A DNA stretch of 49,854 nt, from positions 21,974,639-22,024,492 of the forward strand of contig NC_068988.1 in NCBI RefSeq assembly GCF_001194135.2, in the 5' to 3' direction. Below the pieces are notes generated by a model, which worked only from the letters and a program-made list of their open reading frames with translations, was not told the DNA's origin and searched no databases. The DNA comes from Octopus bimaculoides (lineage: Eukaryota). This document shows positions 37,917 through 48,615 of this stretch, one piece after another (within the stretch, counting starts at the first letter, position 1; every line of letters starts with the position of its first letter). The position numbers were made by a program, and so were the translations under genes.

Positions 37917-38299
37917 TGGAGGCGCAATGGCCCAGTGGTTAGGGCAGCGGACTCGCGGTCATAGGATTGCGGTTTCGATTCCCAGACCGGGTGTTGTGAG
38001 TGTTTATAGAGCAAATACACCTAAAGCTCCACGAGGCTCCGGCAGGGGATGGTGGCGAACCCTGCTGTACTCTTTCACCATAACTTTCTCTCACTCTTTC
38101 TTCCTGTTTCTGTTGTACCTGTAATTCAAAGGGTCAGCCTTGTCACACTGTGTCACGCTGAATATCCCCGAGAACTACATTCAGGGTACACGTGTCTGTG
38201 GAGTGCTCAGCCACTTGCACGTTAATTTCACGAGCAGGCTGTTCCGTTGATCGGATCACTTGGAACCTTCAGCGTTGTAAGCAACGGAGTGCCAACAAC
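37917..38299 (+). mobile_element. Full-length young SINE family C with a 13-bp target-site duplication
   Basis: Box A TGGCCCAGTGG, box B GGTTTCGATTCCC, (CAA)n tail. TSD ATCAGCCGACAAG (37904-37916) and ATCATCCGACAAG (38300-38312). Confidence 0.95.
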
Positions 38300-40350
38300 A
38301 TCATCCGACAAGATGAGGTAATCATCGTATATGTATGTGAATATAATCGTGCATCTATATACTTGATCTTTTTATTACAGGTGGTCAACAACTAGTGAAT
38401 CCATAAGAATTTGAAGAGCAAGCCTAACATTTGTGAAACAATCTATGTTATGTAAAACATGAAGACTGTACATATGAAATTGTCTAATACAATGCAGCGT
38501 ATCATGTTTATAGAGTGTTACGTTTGGCTTATTGGCGTAAAACTACTTCTATTTTCGGATATTATCGTTGCTTATCGGGAATAGCAGGCCAGAATGATTG
38601 TGAGAATGGCTCATAATCGTTCAGACCAACTTTAAAACCACAATCTTTAAACAATATAATAGACAGAGTGCGTAGTTTGTATAGCAACTGCAGCAGACTG
38701 CAACATATAGTTTAATCACTTTATTAAGTGTATTAACGTAATAACTTCCATATAATCTGTCTAGTAACCGCTTTGAATATAAAACCGAACGTCTGGACGT
38801 ATAAATACATAGGATACATACACAATCATTTGCATACACGCACACATTCTGATTTCAACAAACACATACACAGACACTTGAATATTCTCGTTTTGTTGAT
38901 TTGTCTGAATACGTTCATCTTTCTCATTCTCTCTCTCTCTCTCTCTCTCTCTGTCTTTCTTTCTCTCTCCCTCTGATATATACATACATACTTGTGTGTA
39001 TGCATGTATTATGTGTATATGAATTAAGAATGTATGTATATATGTATGTATGCGTGTGTGTGTGTGTGTGTGTGTGTGCCTGTGTATGGGTGCCTGTTAG
39101 TGTAGCAGGGACACTATGTATAACAGTATGTGGAACAATTAGATCATTATTATATACAGAATATGCAATTATTTCAGCAAATATGAGTGTACTTATATAC
39201 ATAATAGACATCAGGCACTCATACACATACACATACACTCACATGTACATGTATATACATGTATACTTCCACATATGTGAATTAATATATCTGTGTGCGT
39301 GTATATAGATGCATATGTATGAATATATGGATATATATGTTTATATATATATGAATATATATGTATGTATATNNNNNNNNNNNNNNNNNNNNNNNNNNNN
39401 NNNNNNNNNNNNNNNNNNNNNNNNNNNNNNNNNNNNNNNNNNNNNNNNNNNNNNNNNNNNNNNNNNNNNNNNNNNNNNNNNNNNNNNNNNNNNNNNNNNN
39501 NNNNNNNNNNNNNNNNNNNNNNNNNNNNNNNNNNNNNNNNNNNNNNNNNNNNNNNNNNNNNNNNNNNNNNNNNNNNNNNNNNNNNNNNNNNNNNNNNNNN
39601 NNNNNNNNTTGCTGTAATCAATGTTAATCAGCATATCGTTTCATAATTACTACACTCAATTTGCAAATCTCAGGATTTCTTTCCGTTTCGCGGTGCAATC
39701 TTACTTTTGTGCATGTCAGTACGTTATGCCGCATATACACACGTGTGTGCATACACAGTGGCAGCAGTATAAATACACTGATCGATCCGTATATAATTTG
39801 CTGTATGTGTAGTGTGCATGTGTCTACCTGCGAATGTATGTATTTGTGTATCTGTGCGTGAGTATGAGCTTACTATATGGCATCCCCTTCTATTTGCATT
39901 TTGTCCTGCATCTACCGAAACAGATATTACCAACTCTCTGCATCAAACAAAGAACACTTAAACGGAACAACTCACCATTCAACTGAAAGCCTTTATTCAT
40001 ATTCACCGATTTGCTATGAAACTTAAAATCAAGCCATATCAAAAACATTTATCTAGTATATTATAATATATAATGGCATATTTGCTCCTGACGAACTTAT
40101 AAATCGAAGGCACAAAGAATCGATTCGTTTTTCATTTTATTCTTCTGAGAGAGTTTTGTGATTAACCACGGCGTCTCTTTGCAAAGCGACGGTAAATGCT
40201 TTAAACGTTTGCATATAAATTTATATACAACCTTTACACAAATTCATTACTTTAATAATTATGTGAACATGTATTTATTTACACAAGTGTTTGGTTATGT
40301 ATTTTAAATTAAGCATATCCTCAGGTGACGAAATGGTTGAATCATTAGAG

Positions 40351-40559
40351 CGTAGTTCTCAGGGAGATTCAACGTGATACAGAGTATGACAATATGCTGG
40401 GCCTTTGAATTACAGATACAAATCATTTTTACCAGCTGACTGGATTGGAGCATCGATAAATAAAGTGTCTTGGTCAAGGACACAATGCCTTGCCGGGGAT
40501 CGAAGTTACAGCTGTAAGGTTGTGAGTCGAATTCCCTAGCCACTAAGCCACGCGCCTTT
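40351..40559 (-). mobile_element. SINE family D, 3'-truncated
   Basis: AAGGCGCGTGGCTTAGTGG head, TCCTTGACCAAGACACTTTATT, ending at GAGAACTACG inside the shared module. Confidence 0.9.
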
Positions 40560-41221
40560 ATCGTATATATTCAAACAAATATTGACACACAGCTATAAAT
40601 TACTATATTATTTTAGGTTTTCTCCACGTCAGTCACGAATGGAGAGGCCTATCGTCAAAATTATTCCAACTGTGCCATTGTACAAGGCAAAAAAAAATCC
40701 AAGACTTCACTCTCCCAAGTTGACATCTTTTCGTCACCAGAAGAGCGTGTTTTAGTAAGAATAGGTTATTATTTCTAGTAGATCAAACAAGTGAGTAGTG
40801 ACCCTTCCGCTGCGTAGGGTCCATTATGTCTGTATGTGTATATGTATCTCTTTATATGTATTTTCTCTTGTCTATGTGAGTACCTGTGGGTGTCCATAAA
40901 GTTTTGGGTTTACGTGTATTTATATTTAATTTGTATTTATGGTTTCCTATATACGGTTTCATGTTTATAGGAATGATGGCGTTCGTGTGTGCTTTTACAT
41001 GTTATATGTGTGTACAACAGGCGAAGCTCTGAGCAAATAAATGCACACGCGTTTACTTTTGATTATCAGTACTGCACTGCCAGTCCGGCAGATCACCAGT
41101 TCTTGTAATCATCCACACCGCCTTTCTGTAGAGCGCCTGACTGCCATTTTACGTTCGTAAAAGTCATTTATCTGCGAAAGAAAATACACATCAGATCAGT
41201 GAATATAATTTTGTAATGCTG

Positions 41222-41960
41222 TTTCAACAGCAACAACAATAACAACCGCCATTATCACCACCACCATCACCACCACCACTACCAACACTTCTACAACAAG
41301 AGCAACAGCAACAGTAGACAATACAAACAAACAACAACAACAACACGAACGGCAATAACTAAAACCAACAACGTCCCCAACATCTCCCTCCGCCACGACA
41401 ATTTCAGCAAACGAAGCAGTATACCTGTTTTGATTATTGAAGCTGTCTGAAGCTGAAATTGTACCCAGGGGTGGATTAAAAGCCAGAGCAGAAAGCGAAT
41501 TATGTTAATAGCCCCGGGGAACGATAAAACGCTGGAAAATATTAGAATGTGAGTGGATTTCAGTATATTGCTTGCTAGCTTGTGTTTTTACAACCTGCAC
41601 TAATCATAATATTGTTGATGTTTGCTGATGATATCAATAGTGTTGTTGTTGTTGTTGGTGGTGGTGTTGTCGTTACCATTGTTGCTGTTGTTGATGGTGA
41701 TGGTGGTGGTGTTGTCTTGATTGTGTTAATGATGACAGTGCTGATGATGTTAGTGATGCTGTTGTGGTTATAGTTATGCTTTTATTAGTGTTGCTCATGA
41801 AAAGTCTTCTCGTTACTGTTACTGTCGGTATTGTTTATTGAGCGATGTTGGTATTGATGAAGAAGCAGTGTTGTTGTTAATGGTGATGATGGTAAAGAAG
41901 GTGGGACTGGGGAGATTGCTAGTTGTGATGGTGGTGGCGGTGATAGAGCATTGTTGATTG
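41222..41960. repeat. Low-complexity (CAA/CAC) block at 41222-41400 and (GTT/GGT) block at 41612-41960
   Basis: Degenerate trinucleotide tracts of complementary composition. Confidence 0.85.
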
Positions 41961-42132
41961 AGTTCTATTGTTAATGCGGAGCTTACTGCGATGGCATGAC
42001 GGCAGTAACGGGTTCACGTTAGTGCTGATGTTAGCTAGAAGAGCTTCAGTCGTTTTTGTTGTTGTTTAATCCCAGGTAAACTCAAACTGAAACGTCCGAG
42101 CTATGACAATGTCATCTTTAGGTCTGGAATAT

Positions 42133-42454
42133 CTGGAATTCCATTGGTTATGACGACGAAGGTTCAATTTGATCCGATCAACGGAACAACCTGCTCGTGA
42201 AATTAACGTGCAAGTGGCTGAGAACTCCACAGACACGCATATCCTTAACTTAGTAGTCTCAAGGAGAATCAGCGTGACACAGGTTGTGACAAAGCTGGCC
42301 ATTTGAAATACATATACTACACATTTTTGCTAATCGAATGAGGAAACATCGTGAAATAAAGTGTCTTGCTCAAGGATACAACGCACCGCCAGGAATCGAA
42401 CTCACCACCTCACGACCGTGATCCGAATACCCTGACTAATAAACCACGTATCTT
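42133..42454 (-). mobile_element. Full-length SINE family D
   Basis: GAGTTCGATTCC box B, TCCTTGAGCAAGACACTTTATTTCACG and CCACTTGCACGTTAATTTCACGAGCAGG module. Confidence 0.92.
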
Positions 42455-42950
42455 CATATTCTGGCATATCTAGGACTAAATTATCAAACGTGATTAATCG
42501 TTTACAAAGGCTGATAAGCTATTTTGAGGCTGATTTGGCTGCCATTTCTAAGAAATTAACCAAAGTTTCCTTCGTTGATTCACTGCCGTTGGTCTGTTAA
42601 TCGCTGTAGCTAGAGAATTAATTGTAAGAGTAAGGAAGGTGGTATTTTGTTGTTGATAAAATCTAGGTAAGCGCTGAACCAGCAGACACTTGATTAGTGG
42701 TATGACTATCACCTCTAGCCATGACCATCACTTTGTATCAGGCTGTGTGGAACGAGGACCACATTATTTATTCACCTCTTTTAAGATGGCTAGTTATGGT
42801 ACGGGAGAAATTTGGCTGCAGTTTGAAGCAGATCGAGTGATATGGAACGATATAGAAGTACTGTTGTTGTTGGTGCTGTTCTTGAAGAATATTTTTTTAT
42901 ATAAATAAGGTCGAATGACTGAAGTTGCTGCTAATATCGTGGGTCCTGTT

Positions 42951-43290
42951 AAGGCGGTGAGCTAGCAGGATCATTAATATACTGGGCAAAATTTTAAATT
43001 TGAATTGCTCTCGAAATTGTTGGGCTTGTGCCAAAATTTCAAATCAATATTGTTGGTATTGTTAAGGCGACGAATTGGCAATCAGAATCGTTAGCACAGC
43101 GGACAAAATGCTTAGCGGTATTTCGTCCGTCTTCACTTAAAAAAAAATAAAATTTCGCCAAGGTCGACTTTGCCTTTCATATTTTCGGGGTCGATAAAGT
43201 AAATTGCAATTAAGCACGGGTGTCGATGTAATCGACTTACCCTCTCTCCCGAAATTGCTGGCCTTGTGCAAGAATTTGAATCCAATATTT
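42951..43290 (+). mobile_element. Two SINE-B copies head-to-tail (42951-43050 internally deleted; 43064-43290 full-length)
   Basis: Both start (GTT)AAGGCG and end GTGC.A.AATTT.AA..CAATATT. Confidence 0.92.
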
Positions 43291-43860
43291 GGAGTCGAAA
43301 AAGAAAAGATCTTCATCTTTCTATCAACAAATGAAATTCATTTATAGGGATGTCTTATCAGCCTAGTTTGCAAATGTTTTACATCAATTCGGCGAAATGA
43401 TAGCTACCGGGTGACACAAAGAATGTAGATGTCAATATATAAAGATATGGTCAGTTCTATATTGAATGCACATCTGTTGGGTGAAGCAGACATCTCTTCT
43501 ACGGAACACTAAACCACAGTACAAACTTTTTAGGTAAAAAAAAAAAGAGAATTGTTTCTATTTTGTCAGTGCATATTAATTTACAATTTCGAGAATGTAT
43601 ATAATGTAGAACATAAAGACAGTGTTTTTCTAAAACTCGAAACTAGTATTATCAATAAACACAGTCTCTCAAGAGTTTCACACAACATAGAAACCTGAAA
43701 AGATTCAATTTTAGATGATAAGTACAAGCATTTTAGTAAAAATATATACCAAAAGAACGACACGGAAATTTGCTATAAGCCATTTTGTGTAAATCATGTT
43801 TCCCTATCACAAGTTCAGCAAAATGATGAACACAGAACAACACCAGTTACATCCAATAAT

Positions 43861-43861
<1 letters not shown>

Positions 43862-43929
<68 letters not shown>

Positions 43930-43970
43930 CACACACACACACACACGCACACACGCACACATACACACAC
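43862..43970. repeat. (CA)n microsatellite
   Basis: Read directly from the sequence. Confidence 0.97.
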
Positions 43971-45253
43971 AAATATGTAATATAATATAGTGTAATATAT
44001 TATTTCTGGGAAATGCGTGCCTGTGGAATATCTCTTTCTATAAATTCTGAACAATATATCATTGCTAGCGGATTTTTTTAAAAACTTTTGCTATTAGAAA
44101 CTTATACATACTATTATTATACATAAAACCTATTCAGATTCTAATTAGATTTGCACAGATACCTATCTCTAGACGAACAAAAAAATATCTTTACACGAGA
44201 AAGAATTAGCGAGTTGAACTCATAAAAATAATAATGTAACTCTGACGAAATTAAAATGGCGAAATTGATGTGATAGCATAACGAGAATTAATAGAAGGTT
44301 TTTACTGAATTATAATACTTATATTCTTTTCTTTCCTTTTCAGCTAAAAGAATGGATGTAAAAGCTGGATCATGTGAGACTCTTCGACACATGCAAAAGG
44401 ACTCTCAGTCTTATGAAGTTCATAGTTAACAAGCGATTGACGTTAATGCTTTTTGTAAATGTTAAAAGAAACACACATGATGCAATTTGTGTATTGGAGA
44501 AAAAAGTATCATATCAAGGGAGAGAAATACGCCTCATAGAATCAGTTAAATACAAACTTACTAATGCATTATGTTATTAGTTTTCATTAGAATAATGCTT
44601 TCTAATATAGATAGAAGACCACAAAATTTTCCATAGATGAATATAATCGAGTATGTTGATCCTTCAAAGGACAAATAGTTGGGACTCAGAACGTACACAA
44701 AAAATCTAATTAACACAAAGCCTTATCGTTGACGCTCTACCAACTCTACTAATCCACCAAACAATATAACCACAATGAGATTCTCATGGAGAAGCATTAA
44801 GACACCAGATGAATTACAGATGCTTCAAAAAGTCATATGGCGCGCATATATTTTACAAAGATGATTACAGCATAGCGCGGGAACAAAACTAATTAGAGAC
44901 AACTCTTTTGATGAGCTCAAGTTGTCATATATATTTATATATATATATGTATATGTATACGTACATGCAAACATACATACATACATATGTGCATGTATAT
45001 ATGTATGTGTATATACATATACATATATATATGTGTGTGTGTGTGTATAAATATATATTCATATGTATGTATATGTATATTAATGGCGGGGAAAATTAGA
45101 TTTTGCAACATTACAGTATTTCCACAAACGTATAATCAGCGGAAATAAAGGGAAAAAGCTATAGGGTAAAATTGAAAACAAATTACACATTTGGCTTAGT
45201 GAAACCTTGACGCCATTCCTATGATGAGGCTCACCACCAACAAGGAGTATACG

Positions 45254-45297
<44 letters not shown>

Positions 45298-45647
45298 CGT
45301 ATGTATAATCTCTCTTTCCTCCCCACTCTGTCTGCACACACACANNNNNNNNNNNNNNNNNNNNNNNNNNNNNNNNNNNNNNNNNNNNNNNNNNNNNNNN
45401 NNNNNNNNNNNNNNNNNNNNNNNNNNNNNNNNNNNNNNNNNNNNNNNNNNNNNTATGTATAAATGCATATACATGTCTTTAAGCATGCAAGAATGTACTC
45501 ATGCGAGCATGTATATATATACACATACATACATATACATACGTACGTACATACATACATGCCAAATATTTGGAGCTGGATTAGCTGTAGCAGTTGCCGT
45601 GCTTCCATTTTCTTCAGGATGTTATTTTTATAGAAAAAAGAAATGAC

Positions 45648-45775
45648 TATTGTTGTTGTTGTTGTTGCTCTTTTCGATACTTTTGTTATTATTATTGTTA
45701 TTGTTGTTGTTGTTGTTGTTGTTGTTTCTGCTACTGTTGCTGCTGCTGCTGCCGTCGTCGTTGTTGTTTTCGTGT
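45648..45775. repeat. Degenerate (TTG)n/(CTG)n trinucleotide tract
   Basis: Read directly; it produces the poly-Cys ORF in the track. Confidence 0.93.
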
Positions 45776-46855
45776 TTTAGTTTTCGCGACGAAAAGCGGA
45801 ATTTAAGTAAAGCAATTAAGGTGTGAAATCTAAATAGATTTAGTAAAGAACAGGAGTGAGTCTGGAATAAATTGAATTACTTTCGATATTAGACAACTGT
45901 CTTTGATATTCTGAAACTGTTAACACCTATTTGCTATTCAATAGAGACTGTATTACCAATGTTGCGCTCAGTTCCATTGCCACTGAGCAATTTGGTTAAC
46001 AGCTAAATTCTGTAGATTTTGTCTGCAAGTTATAATGTGTTGGTGCCAACATGCTTGTGCGTGAGTGAGCATATATGTGCGTTAGTGTGTGGGGGTGGAT
46101 GTCTGTAAATAAGTGTGTGCTTTTCTATGTGTGTCTAAGAGAATATTGTATCTGTACGTGACTGGCCTGTGCGTGTCTCTATGTGTTTCTTGTACGTGAA
46201 AGCGTTTGTCTGCAGGAAGAACTAGCGCAATGGTGGAGATATCGGTAGCTTCATTGGATATTGGAGGTTTCGATGACTCACTGGTTCTTCCGACAGGAAT
46301 GGTGGTAGCCATGGTAACCATGCTGAAATACTATTCTGCAAAACCACACATTACTAATGATGCATGCGGCGACATACAAGTCACCTTCCAGTCAGCCGAC
46401 TCAGTGACTCGATTTCGATTTGCTGTCGCAATGTTCAATTTACTTCGCTTCCCTTCTCCAATTAATTCACTTGACGAAATCATGAACGTCACATATTCTC
46501 ATGGTCAGATTTCTCGCCTACTTCCTCCGTCCTCTCTATGATAATATTTCCGGATTTTTGACTTGGAAAGAGAGAAACTATGAATAATGAAGTGATAATC
46601 GCAGCTGGAGAAGAATTATGATCTTTAAGCCAATGAGAGAACCGGCATATCTTCTCCAGTTCTGCCAGAAATAGCTGTGAAATATTCTGTAAACAACACT
46701 TGTGTGTGGCTTAAATATCAATTAAATCACGTCTGTAGCTAAGTGGATGAAGTAAACTTGATAAACTATTCCAGGAAAAATATAGGACGGGTCTTCATGG
46801 TAAGAACATCTTTGAGCTTTGATCTCTTTGATCAAGGTTAATCTGATGTTAATTT

Positions 46856-47190
46856 AGGGCGGCGAGCTGGCAGAATCGTTAGCACGCAAGGTAATTTGCT
46901 TAGCAGCAGTTCCTCCGTCTCTACTGTCTGAGTTCAAATTCCGCCTGGGTAGACTTACCATTTCATTGTTTCGAGGTCGATAAAATAAGTACCAATTGAA
47001 TACTGGGATTGATTTAACCTTCTTGGTACCTCATTTAGAACTGCTGGCCTGGTGCCAAGGTATGAAACCATTAAAATAACAGCAATAAGGCGGCGAACTG
47101 GCAGAAAGGTTAGCACGCCGGGCAAAATGCTTAGCAGCATTTCGTCTGTCTTTCCATTCTGTGTTCAAATGCTGCCGAGGTCCACTTTGC
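46856..47190 (+). mobile_element. Two SINE-B copies head-to-tail (46856-47073 full-length; 47087-47190 3'-truncated)
   Basis: GGCGGCGAGCTGGCAGAATCGTTAGCACG and GGCGGCGAACTGGCAGAAAGGTTAGCACG heads. Confidence 0.94.
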
Positions 47191-47670
47191 ACACACATAC
47201 GCACACACACTCATATATGCACGCACACACTCACCCACACACATGTACACAAAGAAACAAAAAGAACGCAGCTTGAATAATGGACAGAGTCAACAACAAT
47301 TGAAAATGTTGCAAGGCGCAATGAAAATTTTAGAAAAATAAATAAGTATATGAGTGGAAATTTTACCGGTGAGTGTGTTAAATTACAAGGAACTAAAAGA
47401 GAATGACTCTCCCAAGACACAACAGAACAAAAAGCAACACACTATTAAATAAGCTTTCTCCCCTTATATGACAAATGAATGAAGTGATAATTGTCTATTC
47501 ATACAAGATGATTATACACTGAAATACAAATGTGTCGACCACTCCCGTAACAGGTGTGTGTATATTTGCCTGACGTTGTCGTGGATGAAGGTGCGATGTT
47601 TTCAGGAACGTTGGTCCACAAATACAGCAACAAGAAGACATGTACGTAACTCGTTTGTTTGTATGAAACG

Positions 47671-47727
<57 letters not shown>

Positions 47728-47829
47728 ATGTACACACACGCACAATCACGCCTCCAGGTACATACGTACATACACACACAAGCTCACTCACAAGTGCATA
47801 CGCATATCGGGTTCACTCACAGTTGAAGA

Positions 47830-48200
47830 ACACAAATGAGTACTACTCCTGCTTCATGAAGAACAATGCTGCTGCATGCACAGACATTCTGGATAGCAGC
47901 CAGATTAAGGCCACTCAAATACTTTAGATTCAATCACTAACGGACAAACGTCAAGCTCTGCTCCACAAGCCTATCTCTTTTGTTTTCAACCGCTAAACTA
48001 ACAGCCCCATGTTCTTCGAAGCTGGTTGGTCTCGCACCCGCATCACTAGACACCTTGACTTGCCTTTCCAGGTCTCGTCAGTCTTGTTGCATCCAATCAA
48101 ATAGGTTCCGTATTAACCATTAGACAGCCCTTCCTTTGCAGATCGTCAACCTTATGGAACGATCTTCCTCGTAATGTCTTTCTCAAAACTCACCACTAAC
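47830..48200 (+). mobile_element. Decayed LINE ORF2 C-terminus of the CR1/L2/Jockey group
   Basis: Translations EYYSCF..NAAACTDILDSSQIKATQIL, IQSLTDKRQA, CSSKLVGLAP and QPFLCRSSTLWNDLPRNVF match the post-RT motifs EYCSHIW..A...LDRIQ.KA, L.PL.HRR, CS.EL..L.P and SF.PRT..LWN.LP..VF. Confidence 0.8.
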
Positions 48201-48499
48201 CTTGCAGAAAAGAAGGACACATTGGATAATGGTGGTTCGCGAGAGAGCACTGTACTTATAACGAAAGTGGAATACTCACGGTTTGTATAACTTTGGTCAC
48301 TGATTTACAAATCGGGACCCATGTGGGGCAAACACAAAAATAAAAACAACACTGCAATCTTTCTTTTTCCGATATAAAACCCGAAACTTTGTAGACGTTT
48401 CATCGTCACCCATTTTGTTATGAAAGCATAAAATGTCATACACATTTTTAACATTTTGTGTGCCCCGCAGCACTGTAAGTAGCTGAACTTTAGTACGGA

Positions 48500-48615
48500 A
48501 CAACGTGAGAAGAAATGCCATCTTCAAGAAAACAAAATGTTAATCGCTTCAAGAATCGAACTTGCGGCGTTACTGTTGCGAATCCAACAACTAAACCACT
48601 AGACCACGTTCCTGC
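48500..48615 (-). mobile_element. tRNA-like SINE head remnant
   Basis: Minus strand reads GTGGTCTAGTGG (box A) ... AAGTTCGATTC (box B), then GTTTTCTTGAAGATGGCATTT, resembling the post-tRNA motif of family D. Confidence 0.6.

Noticed and set aside
37917-37990. tRNA gene at the head of SINE-C and the other SINE heads
   Set aside because: Boxes A and B are present, but there is no closed acceptor stem or terminator, and the sequence continues into SINE bodies.
1818-39646. Long ORFs of 200-390 aa in the track (for example 1818-2666, 6957-8126, 20773-21549, 28903-29988, 33349-33945)
   Set aside because: They are open only because they span N gaps or microsatellites.
68-47791. YIYI, HTHT, CVCV, LSLS, poly-Leu, poly-Cys and poly-Ala ORFs
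   Set aside because: These are translations of di-, tri- and tetranucleotide repeats with no coding signal.
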